Positions 1-9,310 are shown, counted from the stretch's first letter. The stretch is 64,000 bases of DNA from a bacterium (GCA_963555815.3 CAUVWX020000002.1:384001-448000); one strand, 5' to 3'. Translations and numbers: made by a program. Notes: generated by a model from the letters alone, not told the origin.

Positions 1-21
1 GAAGCGAATTTCCTCTTCCAA
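1..21 (-). CDS. Probable 5' end of a gene running off the window (agmatinase would fit the operon, but this is not provable)
   Basis: GGAGG-like RBS at ~30-35, then TTG GAA GAG GAA ATT CGC TTC, directly downstream of speE. Confidence 0.3.
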
Positions 22-77
22 AGGGAGACCCCCTCCACACACCCCCTCAGGGTCTACACCCCCTCGGGGAAAACCTC

Positions 78-950
78 TTAGGCCTCCAGCCCCTCCCGCA
101 CAAAATTAGGGAGCACGAAGGCGCTTTGATGAATCTCGGAGTTGTAGTAGCGAGTTTGAATCCCGGAGCCCCTCGCCCGCTCTGTCGAAAAGTCCCGAAG
201 GGGGTCCCAGCGCTTTGAGGCCAGGGTGAAGCTCCAAAGGGATAGTGGGTAGGTGGGGACAGTGGCCAGGTAGACGCGAACGATAGGGAAAATGGCCCCC
301 AATTTCTGGCAGACGGACTTCACCAAGTCCAGCTGGGCCATCGCCGACTCGCTCTGGACCACCAGGATCCCATCATCGCGGAGCAGCTTGAAAACATCCT
401 GATAAAAGGGCGCCTCAAAGAGGCCGACCCCGGGTCCGTAGGGGTCGCTCGAGTCGATGAGGACGACGTCATAGGACGCCCCCTTGTCCTTCACGAATTC
501 AATCCCGTCTTGAATGGTGATCTCGACGTTGGAGGCGTCGAGGTCCCGGCTTAGCGTCGGGAGGTGCTCTCGAGAGGCCTGAAGGACCATCTCGTCAATC
601 TCAACCAGGCGGATGTGCCTCAAGGAGCTGTGCTTTCTGGCCTCCCGGACGCTTCCTCCATCCCCGCCACCGATAATCAGGATATCTTGAGGCTGAGGGT
701 GGGTGAAAAGAGGGACGTGGGCCAGCATTTCGTGATAGATGAATTCGTCAAGCTCCGTGGTCATCACGACCCCGTCCAGCGTGAGCATCCTGCCGAAAGG
801 GACCGTCTCAAAGACATCGACCCGCTGATAGGGGCTTTCCCCGCTGAACAAGGTCTTCTCGATTCGAACCGTGATCCCGTGGTGCTCGCGGTGAATCTCG
901 TTAAACCAAAGTTCCAACCGGTAAGATCGCTTCAGCGGCTCTCTTCTCAT
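78..950 (-). CDS. speE: Polyamine aminopropyltransferase (spermidine synthase)
   Basis: LDGVVMTTELDEFIYHEMLAH, IIGGGDGG and DSSDP motifs; start is ATG 950 or TTG 917. Confidence 0.95.
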   Translation of the reverse strand: MRREPLKRSYRLELWFNEIHREHHGITVRIEKTLFSGESPYQRVDVFETVPFGRMLTLDGVVMTTELDEFIYHEMLAHVPLFTHPQPQDILIIGGGDGGSVREARKHSSLRHIRLVEIDEMVLQASREHLPTLSRDLDASNVEITIQDGIEFVKDKGASYDVVLIDSSDPYGPGVGLFEAPFYQDVFKLLRDDGILVVQSESAMAQLDLVKSVCQKLGAIFPIVRVYLATVPTYPLSLWSFTLASKRWDPLRDFSTERARGSGIQTRYYNSEIHQSAFVLPNFVREGLEA

Positions 951-1029
951 AGGATTCAATTCAGAGAAATCCTTCTGTAAAATTGACAAAGGTGGCGGGC
1001 GCTTTGACTCCTGCAACGATAGGGGGCCT

Positions 1030-1497
1030 TCAGGTCCAGAGCACTACCGCCGCGACTGCCGCCCCGAGACTGGCCACCCGGTGTTCAACGGCCCGGCTGA
1101 CGATCCTTTGGACAGGTTCTCCCCGGATCTCCATCCCCTCCTTGGCCATCTGGATCACCTTTTCTTCGGTTACCTTCCGGCCAGCCCGGTCGGCGTGCTC
1201 CATAATAAGACCCGGCCTGGTCTCGTCCTTCGGGAACGCGATGGCGATTCCCGCCGAGATGATCTCGCCCGGTCGATCCCCTGCAATCCAAGCATAGGCC
1301 ACAGGGACAAAAGCCCCGAAGGGAAGTGAGACAGGGGCAATCTCCCGACAAGCCGGGGGGATGATGCTGCTTGCCTTAATCAAGTTGGTATTTCCGATCT
1401 CGGCCTGAAGGAGAGCGGCGTCGAAGGCGTTCAACTCCGTCGATCCTTCTGCCGCGCCACAAGCCAGGAAGTAGGTCTTCGAAGTAGGAAAGATCAT
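1030..1497 (-). CDS. pdaD: Pyruvoyl-dependent arginine decarboxylase
   Basis: LNAFDAALLQAEIGNTNLIKASSIIP with Ser-Ser self-cleavage site; lies between speD and speE. Confidence 0.9.
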   Translation of the reverse strand: MIFPTSKTYFLACGAAEGSTELNAFDAALLQAEIGNTNLIKASSIIPPACREIAPVSLPFGAFVPVAYAWIAGDRPGEIISAGIAIAFPKDETRPGLIMEHADRAGRKVTEEKVIQMAKEGMEIRGEPVQRIVSRAVEHRVASLGAAVAAVVLWT

Positions 1498-1582
1498 GGA
1501 GAGCTCGAACGGGGAGAGCCGATGTCGCGAACCGCCAGGACCGCTCGGCGTCGCCTTTGGGCGGCCTTCAAGGAGGCCCGCA

Positions 1583-1981
1583 TCAGCGTGCGCTCAAGAC
1601 GTCGGGTTTGTAACTCAGGGTTTTTCCCCCGGCCCCGAGCGTCCCGCGGGGGATCTCCTGCACCTTCTGGGAACGGGCCCGAAATCTTTCCCTAAGATAA
1701 GTGACCGCCTGATCCGGGTCCAGCCCCTCGCCGCAAGAAAAAAGATCGACGGCGGCGAAGGCGTACTCCGGCCAGGTGTGGATCGCCATGTGGGATTCGG
1801 CGATCACGACGACACCGCTAATGCCATGAGGATTGAAAAAATGGAAAATGCTGTTGACGATGGTAGCGCCTGTCCGGCGGGCTGCCTCCGTCATGGCCTC
1901 CTCAATTTGGGCCATGTCGTTGAGGATTTCAACATCACACTCGTAGTACTCGATCAGAAGGTGACGGCCCAGTACCTTCAA
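1583..1981 (-). CDS. speD: S-adenosylmethionine decarboxylase proenzyme (class 1B)
   Basis: LGRHLL...FNPHGISGVVVIAESHMAIHTWPE...DLFSCG; TTG start at 1981 with GGAGG RBS. Confidence 0.95.
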   Translation of the reverse strand: MKVLGRHLLIEYYECDVEILNDMAQIEEAMTEAARRTGATIVNSIFHFFNPHGISGVVVIAESHMAIHTWPEYAFAAVDLFSCGEGLDPDQAVTYLRERFRARSQKVQEIPRGTLGAGGKTLSYKPDVLSAR

Positions 1982-2169
1982 CGGTCCATCCTCCCCCCGT
2001 GGGCCGCGGCGGCCCCGATGCCCTATATGTCCCCTCGTCTCACCCCCCCCGTCCCCTCTGGAAATACCGAGGACAGGCAACCCATAAAAATACAGCCGGG
2101 AACTTCCCAGCTTTTTGCTGTTGTGGGCCCAGTCCGCCCTGTAAAGCCCCCGCAACTTTCTGAAGGCTC

Positions 2170-2178
2170 ACTATACCA
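2170..2178 (-). promoter_or_regulatory. Extended -10 promoter (TGnTATAGT) for the speD operon
   Basis: Minus strand reads TGGTATAGT. Confidence 0.5.
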
Positions 2179-2216
2179 AATTAAAACGCCGATTACGCAA
2201 ACAAAAAAGATAGCGT

Positions 2217-2245
2217 AAATTATTTTGAAAGAGGTCTTCTGTCAA
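2217..2245 (-). promoter_or_regulatory. Sigma70 promoter for the speD operon
   Basis: TTGACA-17 nt-TAATTT on the minus strand. Confidence 0.55.
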
Positions 2246-2261
2246 GGAATTTCTGGAGCTC

Positions 2262-3158
2262 TCAGCCTTCGTCGCGCCCCGACACCCCCGCCGCCTCCAT
2301 CGCCTCGCGAAAACGGTCCGGGAGCCGGACCCATCCACTCGGGGGCTCCTGGAGCCCTGAGAGAACAGGCTGAAGCTCGTTCAGGCGCTGCTCCGCGCTC
2401 GGATGGGTCCGAAAGAGGGACCGCTCCTCATCCGGGCCCCGGTCCGCCCGGAGTGTCTCCAGGACAGAGACAATCCCTTCCGGGTCATAACCCACATGAG
2501 CGGCGAGCGCCATCCCCTTTCGGTCAGCGTCAAATTCCTTCTGCCTGTCGAGGCCCTCGTCGAAGAGCTTCTTCATGGCGGTGCCAATAATCGCGTCAAA
2601 GCGGTCCGGGTCCCCGCCGAGGGTGGCTAGAGTCACCTTGGAGAGGCCCGAGAGGGCCTTGCTCCTCTGGATCACCTGAAGGATGTGCTTCTCTGTGATG
2701 TGTGAGATCTCGTGGGCCAGAACCCCGGCTAGCTCCGCTTCGCTCGTGACCTTTCGAAGGAGCCCACGCGTCACGAAGACATAGCCCCCCGGAGCGGCGA
2801 AGGCGTTCACCGCCTCGCTCTTCAGGACCGCGAAGTTATACTCCAACTCGGGGCGTTCCGAGCGGTTCGAAAGGGCTCTCCCGAGAAGTCCGAGATAGCG
2901 CATGAGCACGGGGTCTTCGTCTATCCCCCCAAATTGAACCACCACCTGCGTGGCGATGGCTCCCCCGATGGCCCGTTCCTCCTCGATCCCAATCGGAAGA
3001 AGCCCCCCCACCACGGACCCCGCCCCCCGCACAACCGCCTCTCTTCGCTCCGGGTCCCCCAGGGTCTCCCGGGCCACCTCCTCCAGCTCAGCGCAGCCGG
3101 CGAGGAAAAGGACAAGGAGCCCAACAGTGCGAAGGACAACCCTTTTTCTCCTCATCAT
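2262..3158 (-). CDS. M48 family zinc metalloprotease, lipoprotein
   Basis: LAGC lipobox; NAFAAPGGYVFV, HEISH, EFDAD and THP motifs. Confidence 0.9.
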   Translation of the reverse strand: MMRRKRVVLRTVGLLVLFLAGCAELEEVARETLGDPERREAVVRGAGSVVGGLLPIGIEEERAIGGAIATQVVVQFGGIDEDPVLMRYLGLLGRALSNRSERPELEYNFAVLKSEAVNAFAAPGGYVFVTRGLLRKVTSEAELAGVLAHEISHITEKHILQVIQRSKALSGLSKVTLATLGGDPDRFDAIIGTAMKKLFDEGLDRQKEFDADRKGMALAAHVGYDPEGIVSVLETLRADRGPDEERSLFRTHPSAEQRLNELQPVLSGLQEPPSGWVRLPDRFREAMEAAGVSGRDEG

Positions 3159-3215
3159 GTCCTCTCCTGAATTTCTGGCCCATCCGTTCTCAAAGGCAGG
3201 CCAGCTGGGGGTTGC

Positions 3216-3707
3216 TCACCGATTGAACTCCCCCACACCTCCCTCAAGGAGGAATCGGTCTACTTCCTCATCGCTCAGCAGGAACTTCTCCACCCGGTTG
3301 ATGGCGGCCACATGTTCTAAGCTGACACCGGTTCGGTCGGCGTAAGCCTCGGCCGTTTTGTCGAGGCCTCTCGCCCCGGCCGACGCTGCCACCTCAGCCG
3401 CCTCTCCCCGGAATCCCCGCCCTAGACGGGACAGCAGGGAATTTCCCCCGCTGGGTCTTTCATCGGAGACGTTCCTGCCGAAAATCCAGCCTTCTTCGCC
3501 CTCCTCTGTCTTAACGAGGAGCCACCCCTCTTCACGGTCTAGGATTTCGAGTGCCTCCCCGAGGCCCACCCGCGTCACAACCCGATCAAGAGAGCTCCTG
3601 CCCTCTCTTAAGCTCGCAGAACGGGCGCGGACGTAGACCGTCTCGGCGTAGGCGATTGCGCCCAGCAAAAGGACCAGAAGCCCTCCCAGGACCAGCCCTT
3701 TTTTCAT
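3216..3707 (-). CDS. Secreted SH3b-domain protein
   Basis: Signal peptide (AYA|E), WLLVKTEEGEEGWI SH3 signature, GARGL motif. Confidence 0.8.
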   Translation of the reverse strand: MKKGLVLGGLLVLLLGAIAYAETVYVRARSASLREGRSSLDRVVTRVGLGEALEILDREEGWLLVKTEEGEEGWIFGRNVSDERPSGGNSLLSRLGRGFRGEAAEVAASAGARGLDKTAEAYADRTGVSLEHVAAINRVEKFLLSDEEVDRFLLEGGVGEFNR

Positions 3708-3725
3708 CGGCTTCTCCTCATGGAA

Positions 3726-5883
3726 TCACTTTGTCTTCAACTCAAAGACGCCATCCCAATCCTGGGGAGGCGGGTCCTCCAGAAAGTGCAAACAGCGGTC
3801 GAGGTAGACCCGTGAGGGCCTATCTTCGGGGTCAAGGGCCAGGGTCTGTTCGAAGGCGGCCCGGGCTCGGTGCCAATCGTGGTCCTGATAGGCCGAGAGC
3901 CCCTCCAGATAGGTCTCGACCACCTCCGCCTTTTTTGAGGGGAGCTCCCCCTTCCTGGCCAGGAGTTCATAGACCACGGCGGGTTCCCGTCTTCCCTTCA
4001 CCCGTATTCGGTCAATCTCCCGCGCCTCGATGTCTTCCCGGGCGAGGCGATAGGTGTTTTCACCGATGAGGATATGACTGCCGTACTGCTTGTTGGCCCC
4101 TTCAAGGCGGGAGGCCAGATTCACATGGTCACCCATCACAGTGTAATCCATCCGGTTTTGTGAACCCATGTTTCCAACGATCATAGGGCCCGAGTTGACG
4201 CCGATCCGAACCCAGATCTCCGGGTAACCCTCGGCGCGGAATTCCTCTCGGAGCTTAGCCGCCTTCTCCTGATTTGCCAAGGCGGCCCGACAGGCGAGGG
4301 TGGCATGGCGGGGTTGGTCGAGGGGGGTCCCGAAGACAGCCATAATGGCGTCCCCCTCATACTTGTCGAGGAAACCCTCATGCTTAAGGATGATGTCCGT
4401 CATGGCGGTCAGGTAGCGATTCAACAGGGCAACCAGCTTTTCCGGTTCGAGGGACTCTGAGATGGTGGTGAAACCAGCCACGTCCGAGAAGAAAACGCTG
4501 AGCTCTTTCTTCTCCCCCCCCAGCTTGACGTCTTCCGGGTGTTCCAGGATCTTGTTGACCACCGAGGGAGTCATGTAGTGCCCGAAGATGTTTTTGACCT
4601 GACGCTTCCGCTTCCCCTCGGTGAAGTACTCCACCAAAGCGGAAGAGAGGAAGGTGACGAAGATCCCGGCCTCGGGGGTGACGATGTCCATCCAGAGGTT
4701 TCCCCTCTGAAAGATCAGGATGGCCAAGCCGTAGTAAGCGACAGCGTAAAGGAGGATGAGGGAGATCTTGGCCTTAAAAGAGCTGAAGGCGACTAGGGTG
4801 ACGGCCGTCAGGAGGCAGAGGAGCAGGAGGCTGATCAGAAGGACCACCGCCGGTGCCTGGCGCAGGAAATCCCCCGCCAGGATGTTGTCCAAGGCGGTCG
4901 CGTGGATGAAGACCCCGGGTTCCGCGAAGGAAAAGGGGGTGACCCTCAGATCATAGGTCCCGGCCGCGGTTCCAGCGATAAAGACCACCTTGTCCCGAAA
5001 GACCTCGGGATCGATGAGGGGGAAGGCCCCCTCCCGCATCTGAAGGAACGATTCAAGGACCCCGGCGATAGGGTAGACGCGGTAGGTTTTTTGGGCGGGT
5101 CCATGCCACTTCAGGATCATCTCCCCCCGCTTGTTCAGCGGGATGGAGCGGCCGTCCAGTTGAAGGGTTCCGTCGGAGGTCAGCCGCATTTTATCTGCCC
5201 CCAAAACCCGCCGGGCAATGGAAAGAGGAAGAGAGGGATAATACTTCCCGTCGTGTCGGTAGATAGGCCGAAGTCTTCGACTCGGGCCGTCGGAGTCGGA
5301 CTGGAGGTTGATATAGCCCAGGTCCCAGGCCCCCGTGATGAGCTCCAGGATGGGGAGGTTGGGATGGGCGAATTCCTCGATGGGGAGGTCGGAGACGTTC
5401 TCCAGAGAGAGGGAGCTCTTGGTCGACCACACGCGGACCTCCTGCTCCACATCGTCTGCTTCCCCCTCATCCCCCGGCGCTTTGAGGCGACCCGAGTCCC
5501 TTTTCTTTTTCTCAAAGAGCATGGCCAAAATGACATTCCCGGCCTCCTGGACAGAGCGCGCGAATTTATCGTCGAAGCCCTCCCCCCCCCTTATCCGGTT
5601 CAAAAAACTGGATATCGAAGGCGATGGCCTTGGCCCCCGCCGCCTTGAGGAAGTTCACGATGTAGCCATGGACATCCCGAGGCCAGGGCCAACGGCCAAG
5701 CTGCTCTTGATAGGCTTCCAGGCTCGCCTCATCGATCACCACAAAGACGATGTCCTGGCTCGCTTGAGAGGGATCGGCGTAGCGGGTGAACCGGTGGTCG
5801 AGGGATTTCAGTTCAGCCAGCTCAAAGAGGCTGAACTCGTGGAGGATAAAGAGGCTGACAAAGACAGTGAGGCCGACTATCAT
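3726..5883 (-). CDS. CHASE2-domain class III adenylate/guanylate cyclase with C-terminal TPR, frameshifted at a G9 tract (5582-5590)
   Basis: ORF 5566-5883 has the CHASE2 N-terminus (DEASL...GRWPWPR...AFDI). ORF 3726-5603 has the rest of CHASE2, 3 TM helices, FSDVAGFT, DKYEGDAIMA and DYTVMGDHVNLASRLE. G8 joins the two frames. True start is uncertain and may be slightly upstream. Confidence 0.88.
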
Positions 5884-6110
5884 TCCAATGAAGAGGCGCT
5901 TTTTCTCCTTGCGCAGGTGCTCAAAGGCCGGTACCGATGGCGCCTCCCAAATCCATCAGGACAGATCTCCGGCAAAAATTTTCCGGCAAAAATTGCTCCG
6001 AGATCTTTCAACGCGAATAGTGCCCACCCCTTCACCTGCACTCGAAGGTAACACACCCTCAGGTGCCATGCAAGGGACTTGGGCCACAAGGAACTTCCGC
6101 CCCCGCAAGA

Positions 6111-6139
6111 TTGTGAGAGGTCGATGATTCGCTTATAAT
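6111..6139 (+). promoter_or_regulatory. Sigma70 promoter for the ferritin-like gene
   Basis: TTGTGA-17 nt-TATAAT, followed by GGGAGG RBS and TTG start. Confidence 0.55.
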
Positions 6140-6163
6140 TCATCTCTTGGGAGGCGTCGGGGT

Positions 6164-6811
6164 TTGGACAGTAAGCTTTTCGCAAAGCAGATTCTCGCGA
6201 AGACTGAAAAGGTTGCACGGGCCATCGGCCAAGAGCTGGGAGACCGGCCAGGGCTCGATCCCCCCACCCTCATCAAAACGCTGAAGGCCCACATGTGGCG
6301 GGAGTTCGCCCTGGGTGTCCTCCCCGCCTCGAAACAGATCACCCTCCTTCCGCCCGACGATCTAGAGATGAAGATTCGCCTGGCCCAACAATCCGCCGAG
6401 GAGCTCTTCCACTACCAGGTCGTCGCCGACTTGATCGCAGAGCTCGGAGGGGACCCCGACATCAACCACTACGAGCCGACCGAGGAGGACATCGCCCTTT
6501 TTAACCAGACCTATGGGCCAGACACCCTTCTCGGGATCACGGGGGCCTTTCAGGTCTCTGGAGAGGTCGTCCTCATCCAGGTGCTAAAGAGCCTGATTCG
6601 AGTTTTGGATAAAAGGATAGGGGGGGTGGTTCGGGATCAAGTGCTGGCCCATGAGGGGAGCCATGTCCGAAACGGGAGGCTCATCCTAGAGCGCTATGCC
6701 ACGACCCCCGAGGCCCAGGCCGAAGTGCAGGCCTCCGTAGACGCGATGATCGAGCTTCGGAAAAAATCCCGCCGCGAAAAGGTCTCTTCCACTTCTCCTT
6801 CGCCGCAGTAG
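6164..6811 (+). CDS. Ferritin-like di-iron carboxylate protein
   Basis: E...EELFH...E...HEGSH pattern (two ExxH motifs), helical sequence. Confidence 0.7.
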   Translation: MDSKLFAKQILAKTEKVARAIGQELGDRPGLDPPTLIKTLKAHMWREFALGVLPASKQITLLPPDDLEMKIRLAQQSAEELFHYQVVADLIAELGGDPDINHYEPTEEDIALFNQTYGPDTLLGITGAFQVSGEVVLIQVLKSLIRVLDKRIGGVVRDQVLAHEGSHVRNGRLILERYATTPEAQAEVQASVDAMIELRKKSRREKVSSTSPSPQ

Positions 6812-6850
6812 GAAGAGTCGCAAGCCCGAACCCGCCTTCAACGAAGGACG

Positions 6851-7279
6851 TCATCGAATCCCGAGAATCCAATCCACCGAGATGGAGCCAGGACCCATCA
6901 CCAGCAGCGTCAAGGTGCCCGCCAAAAGGACAACGTCAAACTCGTAACCCGCCCCATCCGCCCAGGTGAACCCCTTCTTGTAGGTCAGCTTGAGGATGGC
7001 CACGACCATGCTGATGGTTAAAATGAGGGCGGTCCACCGAGTGGCGATCCCGATGAGAAGCGCGACACCCCCAAAGAACTCCTCCACTCCTATCAAGACG
7101 GCGAAGAGGAAGGGGAACGGGACGTTGTGGCCTCTGAGAACGTCCGAAAACCCCACGACACCAGGCTTGGCAGTGAAGAGCTTGCCGTAGCCGTGGACGA
7201 TGAAGACCCAAGCAAGGGCCAGGCGGATGAAGAGCGGAGCCAGGACGGCAAACGGCCCAAAGACAATGTCGAGAAACAT
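6851..7279 (-). CDS. DoxX family membrane protein
   Basis: RLALAWVFIVHGYGKL...EFFGG...GYEF...GPGSISVD. Confidence 0.9.
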   Translation of the reverse strand: MFLDIVFGPFAVLAPLFIRLALAWVFIVHGYGKLFTAKPGVVGFSDVLRGHNVPFPFLFAVLIGVEEFFGGVALLIGIATRWTALILTISMVVAILKLTYKKGFTWADGAGYEFDVVLLAGTLTLLVMGPGSISVDWILGIR

Positions 7280-7331
7280 CGGGCGACCCCTTTTTTTCAG
7301 TCCCCCCAGAAACCCACTTTCAACCGGGCCT

Positions 7332-7724
7332 TCACTCTTTTTCTCGAAAGCGAATCTGCGGCCACCAGCTCCACCGCCCTTGCCGCAGGGCGGCCTCGCC
7401 CTCCCCCTGGAGCTTTTGAAGGACGGAGCGCACTTCTTCCACAAAAGCCCCGAGCTCGATGGGGGCCTCGCCTTCTTCCACCTCTTCCAGCTTGGTCAAG
7501 CCTTTCGTTAGATTGCTGACGGCAGGGGCGTGCCAGGCCTTCTGGACTTTGACGAAACCCGCCGCCACTTGGATGAGGCCCTGGTAGAAAAGCCGCTCGG
7601 TCTCGTTCCCCTCCCGCCAAACGTCCTCCCAGGCCTCATGGGATTCCCAGTACTCTCCGCCGTTGAAGAGCTCAACCCCTCGTCGGGCCCGCCGGTCAAA
7701 AGCGATGGGGAAAGACTTCGTCAT
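7332..7724 (-). CDS. DUF309 domain protein
   Basis: LFNGGEYWESHEAWEDVW...YQGLIQVAAG. Confidence 0.85.
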   Translation of the reverse strand: MTKSFPIAFDRRARRGVELFNGGEYWESHEAWEDVWREGNETERLFYQGLIQVAAGFVKVQKAWHAPAVSNLTKGLTKLEEVEEGEAPIELGAFVEEVRSVLQKLQGEGEAALRQGRWSWWPQIRFREKE

Positions 7725-7731
7725 GAAGTCC

Positions 7732-8541
7732 TCAGCCCACAATGTCTTCGCCACCGTCAACGCCGATGATGTTCCCCGTCACCCACGCAGTCTCTTCGCG
7801 GCAGAGGACGGCGATGACCTTGCCCACATCCTCTGGGGTGGTGAGGCGGCCTCCGGGGTTTCTCCCCTTAGCCGTCGCCGCTATCAGCTCGTAGCCTGGG
7901 ATCTTCCGAAGGGCGGGAGTGTCGGTGACTCCGGCGCGGATGGCGTTCGCGGTGACCCCCCGGGAGGCGAGCTCCATGGCGAGTTGCCGAATATGGGACT
8001 CGAGAGCCGCCTTGGCCGCTGAGACAGCTCCGTAATGAGGAAGCACCCGACGGCCTCCCCCGCTCGTCATGGCAAAGATCCTCCCGCCCCGCCCCATGAG
8101 GCCCGAACACACGAGATCCTGGACCCAGTAGACAAGGCTGTGGGCCATGACGTCCAGTGTCATGGCCATCTGCCGTGGTGAGATGCCATCCTCTGGCTTC
8201 TCGCCGATGTAAGGCAGGAGGGTTCCGAAGGCGAGGGAGTGGAGGAGGACCCGAACGGTGCCCCGGCTGCGCTCCAGGGTCTCAGCCACCGTCTTCAATG
8301 TCTCGGCCCGCCGCTCGGCGTCAGCGGCGTTGATGTTGAAGAAAATGGCCTCCCGCCCCAGCTGGAGGATGTCCTCTTTCACCTTCTCAGCGCTGGGCAA
8401 GGTGGCTTTTCGATCGAGGTGAACCCCGAACACGTTCATCCCGTCCCGCGCGAGGGCGATGGCGGTGGCGGCCCCGAATCCGCTGGAGGCGCCCAGAACA
8501 AGCGCCCAGGGTTGAAGCTTGGGCGAATCAGCTGACGTCAC
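7732..8541 (-). CDS. SDR oxidoreductase, FabL-like enoyl-ACP reductase
   Basis: LGASSGFG, YGAVSAAKAALE (Yx6K), GVTDTPAL; probable GTG start. Confidence 0.8.
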   Translation of the reverse strand: MTSADSPKLQPWALVLGASSGFGAATAIALARDGMNVFGVHLDRKATLPSAEKVKEDILQLGREAIFFNINAADAERRAETLKTVAETLERSRGTVRVLLHSLAFGTLLPYIGEKPEDGISPRQMAMTLDVMAHSLVYWVQDLVCSGLMGRGGRIFAMTSGGGRRVLPHYGAVSAAKAALESHIRQLAMELASRGVTANAIRAGVTDTPALRKIPGYELIAATAKGRNPGGRLTTPEDVGKVIAVLCREETAWVTGNIIGVDGGEDIVG

Positions 8542-8725
8542 GATCGGATTTCCTCTGCAAAGGAGAAGTGATGGCGGGATCCAGGGACAAAAGCCCAGGT
8601 GATTCTCCGCCAGAGACGTCAGACCTGTCAATCTTTAGCGTTCCCGGCGTTGCCTAATCAGAGAAGAGGGGATATTCTAAGAAGAAGCTCACATTGAGTC
8701 TTTTCTCGAGCAGAGGTTCCGCGGG

Positions 8726-9310
8726 ATGGAACAGGAGAATATCTATGCGCTCAAGGAATGGGCCTCGGTCGTCCGGGCCCTGACCGATGCGCGTCAAATC
8801 TTGCTCCTGCGAAAAGGGGGAATTGTCGAGAAGCGGAATCGCTTTGAGGTGGAACACCGGGAATTTTTTCTCTACCCCACGTACGAACATCAGCGCTCAG
8901 AGCTCATCCGGCCCGATTTCCAGGAATATTTCAGGGCAGCGTGCGACGAGCAGCCCCCTGAGACAGAGGCCCGGTTGGGCGCCTACGCCGTCGTCGAGGA
9001 GGTGGTTGAGACCCAGGACCTCGAAAGGCTTCAGTCGCTTTCCAGCGAGCACATCTGGACGACGGAGTCGGTAGTCCAAAGGATGACGGCTTTTAAGCCG
9101 GAGGTCCCGATGAGTGTCCTCCTGATTCGGGTCCACACCCTTCCTGCGCCCCACCCCCTAAAGGTCTCGAGGGCGTACCGCGGTTGCAAGTCCTGGGTCA
9201 GCCTCGAACACCCTCTGTCCACCATGGGGGCCTCTGCGGTGCTCCCCGAAGCGGAATTTCGAGCGAGGGCGCAGCGGGTGAAAGATTTTCTTAAAGCGCG
9301 GACCGCTTGA
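8726..9310 (+). CDS. DUF1802 family protein
   Basis: ALKEW...QILLLRKGGIVE...FFLYPTYEHQ...YRGCKSWV. Confidence 0.9.
   Translation: MEQENIYALKEWASVVRALTDARQILLLRKGGIVEKRNRFEVEHREFFLYPTYEHQRSELIRPDFQEYFRAACDEQPPETEARLGAYAVVEEVVETQDLERLQSLSSEHIWTTESVVQRMTAFKPEVPMSVLLIRVHTLPAPHPLKVSRAYRGCKSWVSLEHPLSTMGASAVLPEAEFRARAQRVKDFLKARTA

Noticed and set aside
28..70. Short ACACCCCCTC repeats downstream of speE
   Set aside because: Only two to three short imperfect copies; not CRISPR-like, probably RBS-like G-rich sequence on the minus strand
2090..2165. Canonical SAM-I riboswitch upstream of speD
   Set aside because: Lacks the AUC...GAU P1 and GCAACC...GUGC core; kept only as a novel-leader candidate
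5969..5998. Sigma54 promoter in GGCAAAAATTGC
   Set aside because: GG-to-GC spacing does not fit -24/-12
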